From Hydrogenophilales bacterium (GTDB lineage Bacteria > Pseudomonadota > Gammaproteobacteria > Burkholderiales > Thiobacillaceae), in contig JAHFRD010000007.1 of assembly GCA_023258975.1 (NCBI GenBank), positions 26,058-90,057 on the forward strand: 64,000 nucleotides of DNA, read 5' to 3'. Position numbers and translations under genes: made by a program. How positions within the stretch are numbered: position 1 is the first letter of the stretch; every line of letters starts with the position of its first letter. Positions 37,562 to 48,900 of the stretch are shown here, one piece after another. Under the pieces are notes generated by a model that saw only the letters and a program-made list of their open reading frames with translations, did no database searches and had not been told where the DNA came from.

Positions 37562-38644
37562 TCAACGGCAAATTTCCACAATCTCCCGCAACGCCGCGAC
37601 CAGCGCCGCGCATTGCGGGTCGCTGCCGATGGTGATGCGCAGGTATTGCTCGATACGCGGCTGGCGGAAGTGGCGGACGATGATGTTGCGGGCGCGCAGG
37701 GCGGCGGCGAGGTCGCCGGCGTCGTGGGCCGGGTGGCGGGCGAAGATGAAGTTGGCGGCGGAGGGCAGGACGTCGAAGCCGATCGCCGTCATGTCGCGCA
37801 CCAACTGCTCGCGACTGGCGATGACCGCCAGGCGGGTGGCCTCGAAATACGCGCGATCCTCGATGGCGGCCGTCGCGCCGGCGATGGCGAGGCGGTCGAG
37901 CGGGTAGGAGTTGAAGCTGTTTTTTATCCGTTCCAGGGCCTCGATCAAATCGGCGTGCCCCACCGCGAAGCCGACCCGCAGGCCGGCCAGGGAGCGCGAC
38001 TTGGACAGGGTCTGCACCACCAGCAGGTTGGGGTATTTGTCCACCAGGGTGATCGCGCTTTTGCAACCGGGGCCACCGAAGTCGATGTAGGCCTCGTCCA
38101 CCACCACCACGACATCCGGCCCGCCGGTGAGTAGGCGCTCGACTTCCGCGAGCGGCAGCAGGCGTCCGGTGGGGGCGTTGGGGTTGGGGAAGATGACGGC
38201 GCCGCAGGCCGGGGCGTCGAGATAGTCATCCACACGGATTTCAAAGCGGTCGTTGAGCGGCACGCCGCGCCCTTCGATGCCGTAGAGGCCGCAATAGACC
38301 GGGTAGAAGCTGTAACTGATGTCCGGGAACAGCAGCGGCGCGTCGTGCTTGAGCAGGCCCAGGAAGGCGTGGGCGAGGACTTCGTCGGAGCCGTTGCCGA
38401 CGAAGACCTGGCGCGGCGTGATCTGGTAATAGGTGGCGATGGCGGCTTTCAGGCGATCCGAGTTGGGGTCGGGGTAGAGCCGAAGATTGTCGCCGATCTC
38501 GCCGCGCAGGGCTTCCAGCGCGCGCGGCGAAGGCGGGTAGGGGTTTTCGTTGGTATTGAGTTTGACGAGATCCGGCAGCTTGGGCTGCTCGCCGGGGACA
38601 TACGGGGTGAGTCCGGCGACGAGGTCGCTCCAGAAATGGCTCAT
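37562..38644 (-). CDS. hisC: Histidinol-phosphate aminotransferase, encoded opposite to the rest of the his cluster
   Basis: Start taken at [40 protein letters not shown] (cat 38642-38644). Other motifs: [25 protein letters not shown]. Confidence 0.9.
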   Translation of the reverse strand: MSHFWSDLVAGLTPYVPGEQPKLPDLVKLNTNENPYPPSPRALEALRGEIGDNLRLYPDPNSDRLKAAIATYYQITPRQVFVGNGSDEVLAHAFLGLLKHDAPLLFPDISYSFYPVYCGLYGIEGRGVPLNDRFEIRVDDYLDAPACGAVIFPNPNAPTGRLLPLAEVERLLTGGPDVVVVVDEAYIDFGGPGCKSAITLVDKYPNLLVVQTLSKSRSLAGLRVGFAVGHADLIEALERIKNSFNSYPLDRLAIAGATAAIEDRAYFEATRLAVIASREQLVRDMTAIGFDVLPSAANFIFARHPAHDAGDLAAALRARNIIVRHFRQPRIEQYLRITIGSDPQCAALVAALREIVEICR

Positions 38645-38721
38645 GGCGGTGGGGGGGTAAATGGAGAAAAAATGCGGGGGGGTGAAAACTCGTCGAGGCT
38701 GGAACCCGAAAGCGGCCGTGA

Positions 38722-38730
38722 TGTTATCAT
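38722..38730 (+). promoter_or_regulatory. Extended -10-like element (TGtTATCAT) about 70 nt upstream of hisB
   Basis: ccgtgaTGtTATCATgcgg lies in the divergent hisC/hisB spacer. Confidence 0.3.
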
Positions 38731-38800
38731 GCGGCCCGACCAACCCCGCCCGCCCCGCCTGTCTTCCAACGCTTCAGCGCCAAGCTCTCCAAGTACCCCG

Positions 38801-39388
38801 ATGCGGCAAGCCGAACTCTCTCGCAATACCCTGGAAACCCGGATTCGCGTTCTGATCGACCTCGATGGCACGGGGCGCGGCGTATTCAAGACCGGGATTC
38901 CCTTCCTCGATCACATGCTCGACCAGGTTTCCCGACACGGGCTGATCGACCTCGACATCGAAGCCGATGGCGATCTGCATATCGACGCCCACCATACCGC
39001 CGAGGACATCGGCATCACCCTGGGCCAGGCTTTCAGCAAGGCACTGGGCGAGAAGAAGGGTATCCGCCGTTACGGCCATGCCTACGTGCCGCTGGATGAG
39101 GCGCTGTCGCGCGTGGTGATCGACCTTTCCGGTCGCCCCGGCCTGGAGTTCCATGTGGACTTTACCCGCGCGCGCATCGGCGATTTCGATGTCGATCTGT
39201 TCCGCGAGTTCTTCCAGGGCTTCGTCAACCATGCCGGCGTCTCGCTGCATGTCGACAACCTGCGCGGCATCAATGCCCACCACCAGGCGGAGACCGTGTT
39301 CAAGGCTTTCGGCCGGGCGCTGCGCATGGCGCTGGAGTTCGACCCGCGCATGGGTGACATCCTGCCTTCGACCAAGGGCGCGCTGTAA
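38801..39388 (+). CDS. hisB: Imidazoleglycerol-phosphate dehydratase
   Basis: [25 protein letters not shown]..., [26 protein letters not shown]. The track ORF starts far upstream, at 38345. Confidence 0.95.
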   Translation: MRQAELSRNTLETRIRVLIDLDGTGRGVFKTGIPFLDHMLDQVSRHGLIDLDIEADGDLHIDAHHTAEDIGITLGQAFSKALGEKKGIRRYGHAYVPLDEALSRVVIDLSGRPGLEFHVDFTRARIGDFDVDLFREFFQGFVNHAGVSLHVDNLRGINAHHQAETVFKAFGRALRMALEFDPRMGDILPSTKGAL

Positions 39389-40047
39389 TGCCCGTCCCGA
39401 GCCAAGCCGACGTCGCCATCATCGACTATGGCATGGGCAATCTGCTGTCCGTGTCCAAGGCGTTCGAGCATGTCGCGCCGCGCTCGAACATCGTGGTGAC
39501 TTCCGATCCCGCCGTGATCGCGGCGGCGGCTCGGGTGGTCTTCCCAGGGGTTGGCGCCATGCCGGATTGCATGCGGGAACTGGAACTGCGCGGCCTTGCC
39601 GATGCGGTGAAGCAGGCCGCCGCCAGCAAGCCGTTCCTGGGCATCTGCCTGGGAATGCAGGCGCTGTTCGCGCACAGCGAGGAAGGCGACTGCACCGGCC
39701 TCGGCCTGCTCCCCGGCAATGTGCGCCTGTTCCCGGCGGAAGCCATGAAGGACGAGCAGGGCCGGAAACTGAAGGTGCCGCATATCGGCTGGAACAATGT
39801 GCAACAGGCCATTCCGCATCCCCTGTGGGCCGGTATCGAGGAAGGCGCGCGCTTCTATTTCGTGCACAGCTATTACGCCGAACCCGCTTCGCGGGACGTG
39901 GTGGCCGGCTTCACCCATTACCCTTTTGCATTCGCCTGCGCGGTGGCGCACAAGAATCTGTTCGCCGTGCAGTTTCACCCGGAAAAAAGCCAGGCCGCCG
40001 GCCTGCGCTTGCTTGCCAACTTTGTGACCTGGGACGGCACAAGGTAA
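39388..40047 (+). CDS. hisH: Imidazole glycerol phosphate synthase, glutamine amidotransferase subunit
   Basis: [29 protein letters not shown]. Confidence 0.95.
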   Translation: MPVPSQADVAIIDYGMGNLLSVSKAFEHVAPRSNIVVTSDPAVIAAAARVVFPGVGAMPDCMRELELRGLADAVKQAAASKPFLGICLGMQALFAHSEEGDCTGLGLLPGNVRLFPAEAMKDEQGRKLKVPHIGWNNVQQAIPHPLWAGIEEGARFYFVHSYYAEPASRDVVAGFTHYPFAFACAVAHKNLFAVQFHPEKSQAAGLRLLANFVTWDGTR

Positions 40048-40075
40048 CCACCAAGGTAAAACCAAGGTATCGGAC

Positions 40076-40822
40076 ATGCTCATCATTCCCGCGATTGATC
40101 TGAAGGACGGCCAGTGTGTTCGCCTGAAACAGGGCGAAATGGACAGCGCCACGGTGTTTTCCGCCAACCCGGCGGAAATGGCGGAAAAATGGCTGGCCAG
40201 TGGCGCCCGCCGACTGCATCTCGTCGACCTCAACGGCGCCTTTGCCGGCAAGCCGGTCAACGAGAAAGCCATCAAGGCCATCACCGATGCGCTCGGCGAC
40301 GAGATTCCGGTGCAGTTGGGTGGCGGCATTCGTGACCTGGATACCATCGAGCGTTATCTCGACGATGGCATCTCCTACGTCATCATCGGTAGCGCGGCGG
40401 TGAAAAACCCCGGCTTCCTGCATGACGCCTGCACCGCCTTCCCCGGGCACATCATCGTTGGCCTCGACGCCAAGGACGGCAAGGTGGCGGTGGAGGGCTG
40501 GTCGAAAGTGACCAAGCACGATGTCATCGACCTGGCCAGACGCTTCGAGGATTACGGGGTGGAGTCGGTGGTCTACACCGATATCGGCCGGGACGGCATG
40601 CTCTCCGGCGTCAATATCGAAGCCACCGTGCGCCTGGCGCAAGCACTGAGCATTCCGGTGATCGCCAGTGGCGGCGTCACCAATCTCGACGATGTGCGCA
40701 ATCTTTGCGCCGTGGCCCAGGAAGGCATCATGGGCGCCATCACCGGCCGCGCCATCTATGAAGGCACGTTGGATTTCACGGCGGCACAAGCGCTGGCGGA
40801 TCAATTGTTCGCCGCCAAATGA
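40076..40822 (+). CDS. hisA: ProFAR isomerase
   Basis: [30 protein letters not shown]. Confidence 0.95.
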   Translation: MLIIPAIDLKDGQCVRLKQGEMDSATVFSANPAEMAEKWLASGARRLHLVDLNGAFAGKPVNEKAIKAITDALGDEIPVQLGGGIRDLDTIERYLDDGISYVIIGSAAVKNPGFLHDACTAFPGHIIVGLDAKDGKVAVEGWSKVTKHDVIDLARRFEDYGVESVVYTDIGRDGMLSGVNIEATVRLAQALSIPVIASGGVTNLDDVRNLCAVAQEGIMGAITGRAIYEGTLDFTAAQALADQLFAAK

Positions 40823-40829
40823 GCCTGGC

Positions 40830-41600
40830 ATGGGGTTAGCCAAACGTATCATTCCCTGTCTCGACGTGACCGCCGGTCGCGTCGTGAAGGGCGTCAATTT
40901 CGTCAATTTGCGCGATGCCGGCGATCCGGTGGAAATTGCCCGCCGTTACGACGAACAGGGCGCCGATGAACTGACTTTTCTCGACATCACCGCCACCTCC
41001 GACAACCGCGATCTGATCCTGCACATCATCGAGGCCGTGGCCGCGCAGGTGTTCATCCCCCTCACCGTGGGCGGCGGCGTGCGCGCGGTGGAGGATGTGC
41101 GGCGCCTGCTGCACGCCGGCGCGGACAAGGTTTCCATCAACACCGCCGCCGTGTTCAACCCGCAACTGGTGAAAGAGTGTTCCGACCGTTTCGGCGCGCA
41201 GTGCATCGTGGTGGCGATCGACGCCAAACAGACGGTGTGGGGCGCGGCGCCGAAATGGGAAATCTTTACCCACGGCGGGCGCAAACCCACCGGTCTGGAC
41301 GCGGTGGAATGGGCGAAACGGATGCAGAGTCTGGGCGCGGGCGAGATATTGCTCACCAGCATGGATCGCGACGGCGCCAAGATCGGTTTCGACCTCAACC
41401 TGACGCGCGCGATTTCCGACGCGCTCTATATCCCCGTCATCGCCAGCGGTGGCGTCGGCAATCTGCAACATCTGGCCGATGGCGTGAAGCTGGGCGGCGC
41501 CGATGCCGTGCTGGCCGCGAGCATATTCCACTTCAGTGAATACAGCGTGGAAGAGGCCAAGCGGTATATGCGGGAACAGGGAATCGAGGTGCGCTTGTGA
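40830..41600 (+). CDS. hisF: Imidazole glycerol phosphate synthase cyclase subunit
   Basis: [36 protein letters not shown]. Confidence 0.95.
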   Translation: MGLAKRIIPCLDVTAGRVVKGVNFVNLRDAGDPVEIARRYDEQGADELTFLDITATSDNRDLILHIIEAVAAQVFIPLTVGGGVRAVEDVRRLLHAGADKVSINTAAVFNPQLVKECSDRFGAQCIVVAIDAKQTVWGAAPKWEIFTHGGRKPTGLDAVEWAKRMQSLGAGEILLTSMDRDGAKIGFDLNLTRAISDALYIPVIASGGVGNLQHLADGVKLGGADAVLAASIFHFSEYSVEEAKRYMREQGIEVRL

Positions 41601-41989
41601 GCGGTGAATCCTGGTTGAACAAGGTGAACTGGTCCGAGGATGGGTTGGTGCCGGCGATCGCCCAGGATGCCGCGAGTGGCGACATCCTGATGGTGGCCTG
41701 GATGAATCGGGAAGCGCTCAAACAGACCGTGGAACTTGGCGAGGCGGTGTACTGGTCGCGCTCGCGTAAAAAACTCTGGCACAAGGGCGAGGAATCGGGG
41801 CACACCCAAAAGGTCAGGGAAATTCGCCTGGATTGCGACGAGGACGTGGTGCTGCTCAAGATCGAGCAATCCGGAGGCATCGCCTGCCATACCGGCCGCC
41901 GTAGCTGTTTCTTCCAGAAGCTGGAAAACGACAAGTGGACAGCTGTGGATCCGGTGCTGAAAGACCCGCACGAGATTTACAAGAAATGA
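41597..41989 (+). CDS. hisI: Phosphoribosyl-AMP cyclohydrolase
   Basis: [49 protein letters not shown]. Confidence 0.95.
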   Translation: MSGESWLNKVNWSEDGLVPAIAQDAASGDILMVAWMNREALKQTVELGEAVYWSRSRKKLWHKGEESGHTQKVREIRLDCDEDVVLLKIEQSGGIACHTGRRSCFFQKLENDKWTAVDPVLKDPHEIYKK

Positions 41990-42312
41990 GATCCGAAATT
42001 CTCGACCGCCTCGCGGAAACCCTGGAGGCCCGCAAATCCGCCGATCCCGCTTCATCCTATGTGGCCAAACTCTATGCCAGGGGACTCGATGCCATCCTGA
42101 AGAAGGTGGCGGAAGAAGCGGCGGAAACCATCATGGCGGCGAAAGATGGAGCGCGGGAAAAAATCATCTATGAAACCGCAGACCTGTGGTTTCATTCGCT
42201 GGTTCTCCTGGCGCGGCAGGGCATCCACCCCGATGAGATATTGAATGAACTGGCGCGGCGCGAAGGTTTGTCCGGGCTGGCGGAAAAGGCGGCGCGCAAG
42301 GAATCCGTATGA
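41986..42312 (+). CDS. hisE: Phosphoribosyl-ATP pyrophosphatase
   Basis: [30 protein letters not shown]...EEAAE...ETADLWFH. There is an ATGA overlap with hisI. Confidence 0.9.
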   Translation: MRSEILDRLAETLEARKSADPASSYVAKLYARGLDAILKKVAEEAAETIMAAKDGAREKIIYETADLWFHSLVLLARQGIHPDEILNELARREGLSGLAEKAARKESV

Positions 42313-42647
42313 GCGAGACCTGTATCTTTTGCAAGATCGTATCCGGGGAGATTCCCTGCAAGAAGATCTATGAAGGCAATGATCTGCTCGCCTTTCATGA
42401 CATCCATCCAGTCGCCCCGGTGCATTTCATGATTATCCCCAAGGAACATATCGCTTCCCTGGTGGACGCACATGCGCGCCATGAGGATCTGTTGGGACGC
42501 ATCCTGCTGTTGGCGCCCATTCTGGCAAAGGAGCAGGGGCTCGACGACGGCTTCCGCACCATCATCAATACCGGCCGGGGTGGCGGCCAGGAAGTGTTCC
42601 ACCTGCATGTTCACGTTATCGGCGGCAACGGATTGCATCCGATGTAG
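42309..42647 (+). CDS. HIT-family nucleotide hydrolase (HinT-like)
   Basis: [12 protein letters not shown] and the histidine triad HLHVHVIGG. Confidence 0.9.
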   Translation: MSETCIFCKIVSGEIPCKKIYEGNDLLAFHDIHPVAPVHFMIIPKEHIASLVDAHARHEDLLGRILLLAPILAKEQGLDDGFRTIINTGRGGGQEVFHLHVHVIGGNGLHPM

Positions 42648-42709
42648 TCCAATACGTGGTGACGGCGCCGCCGACACCACCTCATTCCATTCAGCACAGG
42701 AGACGGAAA

Positions 42710-42934
42710 ATGGGTTCTTTCAGCATCTGGCATTGGTTGATCGTTCTGGTCATCGTTCTACTGGTCTTCGGCACCAAGAAGCTGCGCAACATTGGTGGCG
42801 ATCTCGGCGGCGCGGTCAAGAATTTCAAGGAGGCCGTGGGGGAAGAGAAGAACAAGCCCACCGAACTGCCGCGCGAGGGTGAAACCCGTGGCACGACCAT
42901 CGAAGGCGAGATCAAGGACAAACAACAACATTGA
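42710..42934 (+). CDS. tatA: Twin-arginine translocase subunit TatA
   Basis: [33 protein letters not shown]. Confidence 0.9.
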   Translation: MGSFSIWHWLIVLVIVLLVFGTKKLRNIGGDLGGAVKNFKEAVGEEKNKPTELPREGETRGTTIEGEIKDKQQH

Positions 42935-43007
42935 GTTGTCCGGGCATGCGGCGAGGGCGGTTAAACCCCCTCATTTTCCACGCCTGACACTTGACGTCTG
43001 ACGACCT

Positions 43008-43544
43008 ATGTTTGATATCGCCTTTTCCGAACTTCTGCTCATCGGCGTCGTTGCCCTGGTGGTGATCGGCCCGGAACGCCTGCCCAAGGTAGCGCGCACC
43101 GCCGGCCAGTGGGTCGGAAAACTCAACCGCTACGTGTCGCAGGTCAAGCAGGACATCGACCGCGATATGAAGCTGGAAGAGTTGCGCAAGATGCAGCAGG
43201 ACATGAAGGACTCCGCGCAGCGCTACGAAATCCTGGGTAACGAAACCGCGCGGCGCGTCGAGGAGACCGTGGCGGAGGAGACCAGCCAGATCAGCAAGGT
43301 CATGCAGGCCATGAGTGCCACCGATGGTGGCCTGACCATGAAGGAATGGGACAAGGTCAAGGAAGAGGAAGCGGCCAAGATTGCCGCCGCCGCACTGCCC
43401 GAGGAACCGGCCGCGCTCGCCGATCCGTCCACGCGGCCTGAACCACCGCAACCCTCCACCGAGGCCACGCCGCCACAAGCGCCTGCGGCACCGGTTGGCG
43501 ACAAGATGGCCGCCCGGAACGACACCGGCGCCAAGGCAGGCTGA
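43008..43544 (+). CDS. tatB: Twin-arginine translocase subunit TatB
   Basis: [33 protein letters not shown]. Confidence 0.9.
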   Translation: MFDIAFSELLLIGVVALVVIGPERLPKVARTAGQWVGKLNRYVSQVKQDIDRDMKLEELRKMQQDMKDSAQRYEILGNETARRVEETVAEETSQISKVMQAMSATDGGLTMKEWDKVKEEEAAKIAAAALPEEPAALADPSTRPEPPQPSTEATPPQAPAAPVGDKMAARNDTGAKAG

Positions 43545-43552
43545 GAAACCGC

Positions 43553-44365
43553 ATGGACGGCACGGAAACCTTTATCTCCCACCTGATCGAACTGCGTGAC
43601 CGTCTGCTGCGTTCGGTGATCGCATGGATCATCCTGTTTGTCTGCCTGTTTCCTTTCGCCAACGATCTCTACACGATTCTCGCGGGGCCGATGCTGGCCA
43701 AGTTACCCAAGGGCGGCCAGATGATCGCCACGGAAGTGGTCACACCCTTCTTCGTGCCGATCAAGGTGGCGATGATGACCGCTTTCCTCGGCACTCTTCC
43801 GTACATCCTTTATCAGGTCTGGGCGTTCATCGCGCCTGGCCTGTACGCGCACGAGAAGAAGTTCATCGTGCCGATGGTGGTTGCCAGTTTTCTGTTGTTC
43901 GGCTGCGGCATGGCGTTCGCCTATTTCCTGGTATTTCCGGTGGTGTTCGGGTTCATCATCGGCATCGCCCCGGTCGGGGTCGCGGTGATGACCGACATCA
44001 ACAAGTACCTGGATTTCGTCATCACCATGTTCCTGGCTTTCGGTATCACTTTTGAAGTACCCATCGTGGTGGTGGCGCTGGCCTACACCGGCATGGTCGA
44101 AATCAAGCAATTCAAGGAAGGCCGGCCTTATGTGATCGTCGGCGCCTTCGTGATCGGCGCCATCTTCACGCCACCGGATGTGGTGTCGCAGATCATGCTT
44201 GCCGTGCCTTTGTGGCTGCTTTACGAACTGGGTGTGCTCGTCGCGGGCTGGATGCTGAGGAACAAATCACGGGAACGCTGGGAGGAGTCCTACCAGCCGA
44301 TGTCCATCGACGACATGGACAAGGAATTCGACCGCATCGAGGACGAGCAGAAGAATGTGCCCTGA
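43553..44365 (+). CDS. tatC: Twin-arginine translocase subunit TatC
   Basis: 270-aa six-TM protein with HLIELRDRLL and FTPPDVVSQ. Confidence 0.95.
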   Translation: MDGTETFISHLIELRDRLLRSVIAWIILFVCLFPFANDLYTILAGPMLAKLPKGGQMIATEVVTPFFVPIKVAMMTAFLGTLPYILYQVWAFIAPGLYAHEKKFIVPMVVASFLLFGCGMAFAYFLVFPVVFGFIIGIAPVGVAVMTDINKYLDFVITMFLAFGITFEVPIVVVALAYTGMVEIKQFKEGRPYVIVGAFVIGAIFTPPDVVSQIMLAVPLWLLYELGVLVAGWMLRNKSRERWEESYQPMSIDDMDKEFDRIEDEQKNVP

Positions 44366-44394
44366 TGTTCCGTAATGGTGCGCACTGTGAAAAT

Positions 44395-44423
44395 AACGCC
44401 CCTTTATGGGGCGTTTGTTTTTT
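44395..44423 (+). terminator. Rho-independent terminator after tatC
   Basis: aacgcccc-tttat-ggggcgtt followed by tgtttttt. Confidence 0.85.
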
Positions 44424-44623
44424 CCAACGACACTGTGATGCACCAGGAGCCATACATGCCCGGAACCGGACGGCATTCGATACCGTTGTAAAATACTGTC
44501 TTATTTCAATGAGATACAGTTGGTTACAAGGCGCGTGTCCACCTCTGTGGCATCCCGGTGCATGACGCCCCAATTGAAGGCACAACTCTTGCTTTGGAAT
44601 TCCCGGTTTTTCTGGAGAAAATT

Positions 44624-45826
44624 ATGGATGCTTTCAAATCGGGCGCGGACGTACTGTTCATACTACTGGGCGCCATCATGGTGCTGGCCATGCATGCCGG
44701 CTTTGCGTTTCTGGAACTGGGGACGGTGCGCAGGAAGAATCAGGTCAACGCCCTGGTCAAAATCCTCACCGACTTTTCGGTATCCACCATCGCCTATTTC
44801 TTCATCGGCTACAGCATCGCCTACGGCGTCGATTTCATGACCGGCGCCGACAAGCTGGTGCTGAAAAGCGGCTATGACCTGGTGAAGTTCTTCTTCCTGC
44901 TCACCTTCGCCGCCGCCATTCCCGCCATTGTTTCCGGCGGCATCGCCGAGCGTGCCAGGTTCAACCCGCAACTGGCCGCGACCTTCCTGCTGGTCGGTTT
45001 CGTCTACCCCTTCTTCGAGGGCATGGCCTGGAACAACAATTTCGGTTATCAGGATTGGATCAACGCCGCTTTCGGCGCCAAGTTCCATGACTTTGCCGGT
45101 TCCGTGGTGGTGCATGCCGTGGGGGGGTGGATCGCGCTTCCGGCGGTGCTGCTGCTGGGTGCCCGCCGTGGCCGTTACCGCCACGACGGTGCGATTTCCG
45201 CGCATCCGCCCTCCAGCATCCCGTTCCTGGCTCTGGGCGCCTGGATACTCACGGTGGGCTGGTTCGGCTTCAACGTGATGTCCGCGCAAACCCTGGAAGC
45301 CGTCTCTGGCCTGGTGGCTGTGAATTCCTTGATGGCGATGGTGGGCGGCACGCTGGCCGCGCTGCTCGTCGGCAAGAACGACCCCGGCTTCATCCACAAC
45401 GGTCCTCTTGCCGGCCTGGTCGCGGTCTGCGCCGGTTCCGACCTGATGCACCCGCTGGGCGCGCTCGCCACCGGCGTCATCGCCGGCGCGCTGTTCGTGG
45501 TCATGTTCACCATCACCCAGAACAAATGGAAGATCGACGATGTACTCGGTGTCTGGCCCTTGCACGGCCTGTGCGGCGCCTGGGGCGGCATCGCCGCCGG
45601 CATCTTCGGCCTGCATGGGCTGGGTGGAATCGGCGGCGTGACCTTCTCCGCGCAACTCGTCGGCACCTTGAGCGGCATCGCCATCGCCACGGCAGGAGGC
45701 TTTGCGGTTTATGGCCTGCTGAAACTCGCGATCGGCATCCGGCTCGACGCCGAGGAGGAATTCAACGGCGCCGACCTCTCCATCCACAAGATTTCCGCGA
45801 CGGCGGAACGCGAAACGAACTGGTGA
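44624..45826 (+). CDS. amtB: Ammonium transporter (Amt family)
   Basis: Start taken at MDAFKSGADVLFILLGAIMVLAMHAGFAFLELG. Other motifs: DFAGSVVVHAVGG, GVWPLHGLCGAWGG. Confidence 0.9.
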   Translation: MDAFKSGADVLFILLGAIMVLAMHAGFAFLELGTVRRKNQVNALVKILTDFSVSTIAYFFIGYSIAYGVDFMTGADKLVLKSGYDLVKFFFLLTFAAAIPAIVSGGIAERARFNPQLAATFLLVGFVYPFFEGMAWNNNFGYQDWINAAFGAKFHDFAGSVVVHAVGGWIALPAVLLLGARRGRYRHDGAISAHPPSSIPFLALGAWILTVGWFGFNVMSAQTLEAVSGLVAVNSLMAMVGGTLAALLVGKNDPGFIHNGPLAGLVAVCAGSDLMHPLGALATGVIAGALFVVMFTITQNKWKIDDVLGVWPLHGLCGAWGGIAAGIFGLHGLGGIGGVTFSAQLVGTLSGIAIATAGGFAVYGLLKLAIGIRLDAEEEFNGADLSIHKISATAERETNW

Positions 45827-45939
45827 GCGAAGTATCGGGCGCGCGGCCGTAGCCGTGTCGCGCGCTGGCGTGAATGGACAATCCAGGCCCGAGGCTTCGG
45901 TGCCAGAATCCCGTATCCATCCGAGGCAAGGGATACGTC

Positions 45940-48900
45940 ATGAACAAACTGGGTTTTCTCCTCGTCATCTGGTCGGGTTTCTGTGCCGCCGCCAGCCTGG
46001 AAAGCTTCACGCCGACCGGAGAACAACTCGAAGCGCGCCAGGCGCGGGCGCGTTTTTCCGCGCCGATGGCGCCGTTGGGGCGGGGCGACGCAGCGGCGCC
46101 ATTCCGCGTGGAATGCGGTGTGCCTGGTAGCGGGCACTGGGAGGACGAGCGCACCTGGGTGTATGACCTGGAACGCGCGCCGCCAGCCGGCGCACCGTGC
46201 CGTTTCCTGCCGCGCGCGGATCTCGCGGCGCTGGATGGCGAGAAGGTGGCGGCGGCGGCCGAATATGGTTTCTCCAACGCCGGGCCGCGCGTGCAATGGA
46301 GCTTGCCGTTTGTCTCGGAGACCGTGGACGAGGAACAGGCGTTCGTCCTGTTCCTCAATGGCCCGGCGCGGCCGGAGAGCGTTCTTGCCAAGGTGCGTTG
46401 CGAAATCCAGGGTATTCATGAGCAGGTGCCGGTCACGCGGGTGAGTGGCGGTGAACGCGCGCGCCTGCTGGCGCAACTCCGGTCGCGCCTGGATGACATG
46501 AACACCACCTGGGAAGGCGGCTCTCCGGAAGCCGACCCTCGCCTGGAAGTGGTGCGGTGCGGCCGCGCCTTGCCGGCCAATGCGGGATTCGACCTGGTCT
46601 GGGGCGAGGGGGTGAGCACCCCTTCCGGCCAGCGCAACCCGGGCGATCAGCGCCTTACTTTCCGGGTACGCGACCATTTCGTGGCGCGCATGCGTTGCCA
46701 GAAGGAAAACGCCAAGGCCGGTTGCATGCCGCTGACGCCCATCCACCTGGAATTCACCGCGCCGGTGTCGCGCGAGCAGCTCGACAAGATCACGTTGCGG
46801 GATGCCAAGGGCAAGCATCATGCGCGACAGAAGGTCGAGTCGCCGCCCGCCAGCGACGACGGTGTGGTGTTCCCCGGCCCATTCCCGGCCAAGGCCGACC
46901 TGACCTTGTCGCTGCCGGCCGGACTGGTCGATGACAAGGGCCGCGAGCTGGTCAACGCGGCGCGCTTTCCGCTGAGTTTCCGGATGGCCGACGATCCGCC
47001 GTTGCTCAAATTCTCGGGGGATTTCGGCATCATCGAACGGGTGGCTGGCGGCCTGTTGCCGCTTACCGCGCGCAATCTGGAGCCCGACACCAGTGGCGCG
47101 ACGGCGGCCAAGGTGCGCTGGCTGCGGGTGACGGATGATGCCGCCATCCTCGCCTGGCGGGCGCGGGTGAAGAAAATCGACCACCCGGATTTCGACCAGC
47201 AACTCAAGCGTTACCCGGAAACGCGCCATGCCCAATTGCTCGGCGACTGGGAAGCGGGCGTGGTCGAGCAGAGGCTGCCCAAGCCCAACGGCGCGCGGGC
47301 TTTCGAGGTGGTGGGCGTGCCGCTGCGGGCACCGGGCTTTTACGTGGTGGAGGCGGAAAGCAAGCGCCTGGGCAAATCGCTGCTGGATCAGAACGTACCC
47401 ATGTTCGTGCGCACCACCGCGCTGGTCACCAATCTGGGCGTGCATTTCAAATGGGGCGAGGGCGCCTCGCTGGCCTGGGTGACGCGCCTGGATCTGGGTA
47501 CGCCGGTGGCCGGCGCGCGGATCGCGGTGCTCGACTGCAAAAGTCGCCTCCTTGCCCAGGCCACCACCGACAAACAGGGCATGGCGCTGATTCCGCAAGG
47601 CATGCTCGGTTTTCAAAACTCGCCGCGCAACGCGCAATGGGACTGCCCCCTGATGGTCAGCGCGCGCGCCGACGACGACATGAGCTTCGCCTTCTCCGAC
47701 TGGAATGAAGGCATCGAAGCCTGGCGTTTCGGCCTGCCGGAGTCCTGGAGCGGCGACAAGCGCCAGGCCCATAGCGTGCTCGACCGTGTCCTGTTCCGCC
47801 CCGGAGATACCGCGCACATGAAGCATTTTCTGCGCGACCGGCAGGCTTTCGGCCTTTCGTATTCCTCGAAACCGCTGCGTACCTTGCTGATCGAACATGG
47901 CGCCAGCCGGCAGAGCTGGTTTTTGCCGTTGGCGTGGAAGAACGGCGCGGCGGAATCCACCTGGAAAGTGCCGCCAGGCGCCAAACGCGGCGATTACCGC
48001 TTGCGCCTGCTGGACAAGGAGATCAAACCCGGCAGCGGCCCCAACGAGTTGCAGTATCTCGATGGCCTGGATTCCGGCGCATTCAGCGTCGGCGATTTCC
48101 GGGTGCCGTTGATGAAAGTCAGCATCGACCCGGTGCGGCCGTCCTGGCTGGCGACCGAGGCGGCGGAATATGACCTCGCCGTGAGCTACTTCAGTGGCAA
48201 CAGCGGTGGCAACAGCGGTGGCGGTGGCGCGAAGCACCTGGCGGTGAAATTGCGCGCGCAAATGGAGCCCTGGCGCAACGTCGATTTCGCCGGCTACGAG
48301 GATTTCGATTTTGCCGTGCGCCACGACACAGACCAGGGCGGCGAAGAAAGCGATCCGGTCGCCCTGGCGGCGGCAACCCTCAACCTGGATGCGGGCGGCG
48401 GCGCGCGGGGCAAGGTGGCCGGCATTCCCGCTCTGGCCATGCCGCACAAGTTGCGTGTGGAACTGGAATACGCCGACCCCAACGGGGAAATCCAGACCGT
48501 CAGCACCACCACGCCGTGGTGGCCGGCCAATGTGGTGCTGGGTCTGAAGAAGGGCGACTGGGCGCGCGCCGGCACTCGCCACAGCCTCACCTTCCAGGCG
48601 GTCGACCCGCAAGGTCGTCCCGTCGCCAACGCGCCGATCGAAGTGAAAATGGCCCTGCGCCAGACCTTTGGCTATCGCGAACGCCTGGCCGGCGGTTTCT
48701 ACGGCTATCGCAACGAAACCCGGGAAACGGCCCTGCCGGACACCTGCGACGGCAAGAGCGATGCCAGGGGCCGCTTTACCTGCGCCGCCCGCACCGAACA
48801 GGGGGGCGAGGTCGTGATCGTTGCGACGGCGCGCGACGCCCAGGGGCGCATCGCCAAAACCACGCACAGCTACTGGGTGGCCGGCCGCGACGAGTGGGTG

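Noticed and set aside
40040-40072. Three closely spaced (C)CAAGGTA repeats between hisH and hisA
   Set aside because: The stretch is too short to be more than chance or overlapping SD-like sequence, and no independent evidence of function exists.
44548-44563. Sigma-54-like TGGCAT-N5-TGCAT upstream of amtB
   Set aside because: The GG-to-GC spacing is one nucleotide shorter than the strict -24/-12 spacing as I count it (G50 to G60 = 10, against 11 in the consensus). I therefore do not call it a promoter, even though sigma-54/NtrC control of amtB would be plausible.
48193-48229. Possible CRISPR-like or other array from the GGCAACAGCGGT repeats
   Set aside because: There are only two 12-nt units with no spacers, and they lie inside a CDS and in frame. 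This is a coding microsatellite, not a CRISPR array. No CRISPR-like repeat-spacer structure was seen anywhere in the window.
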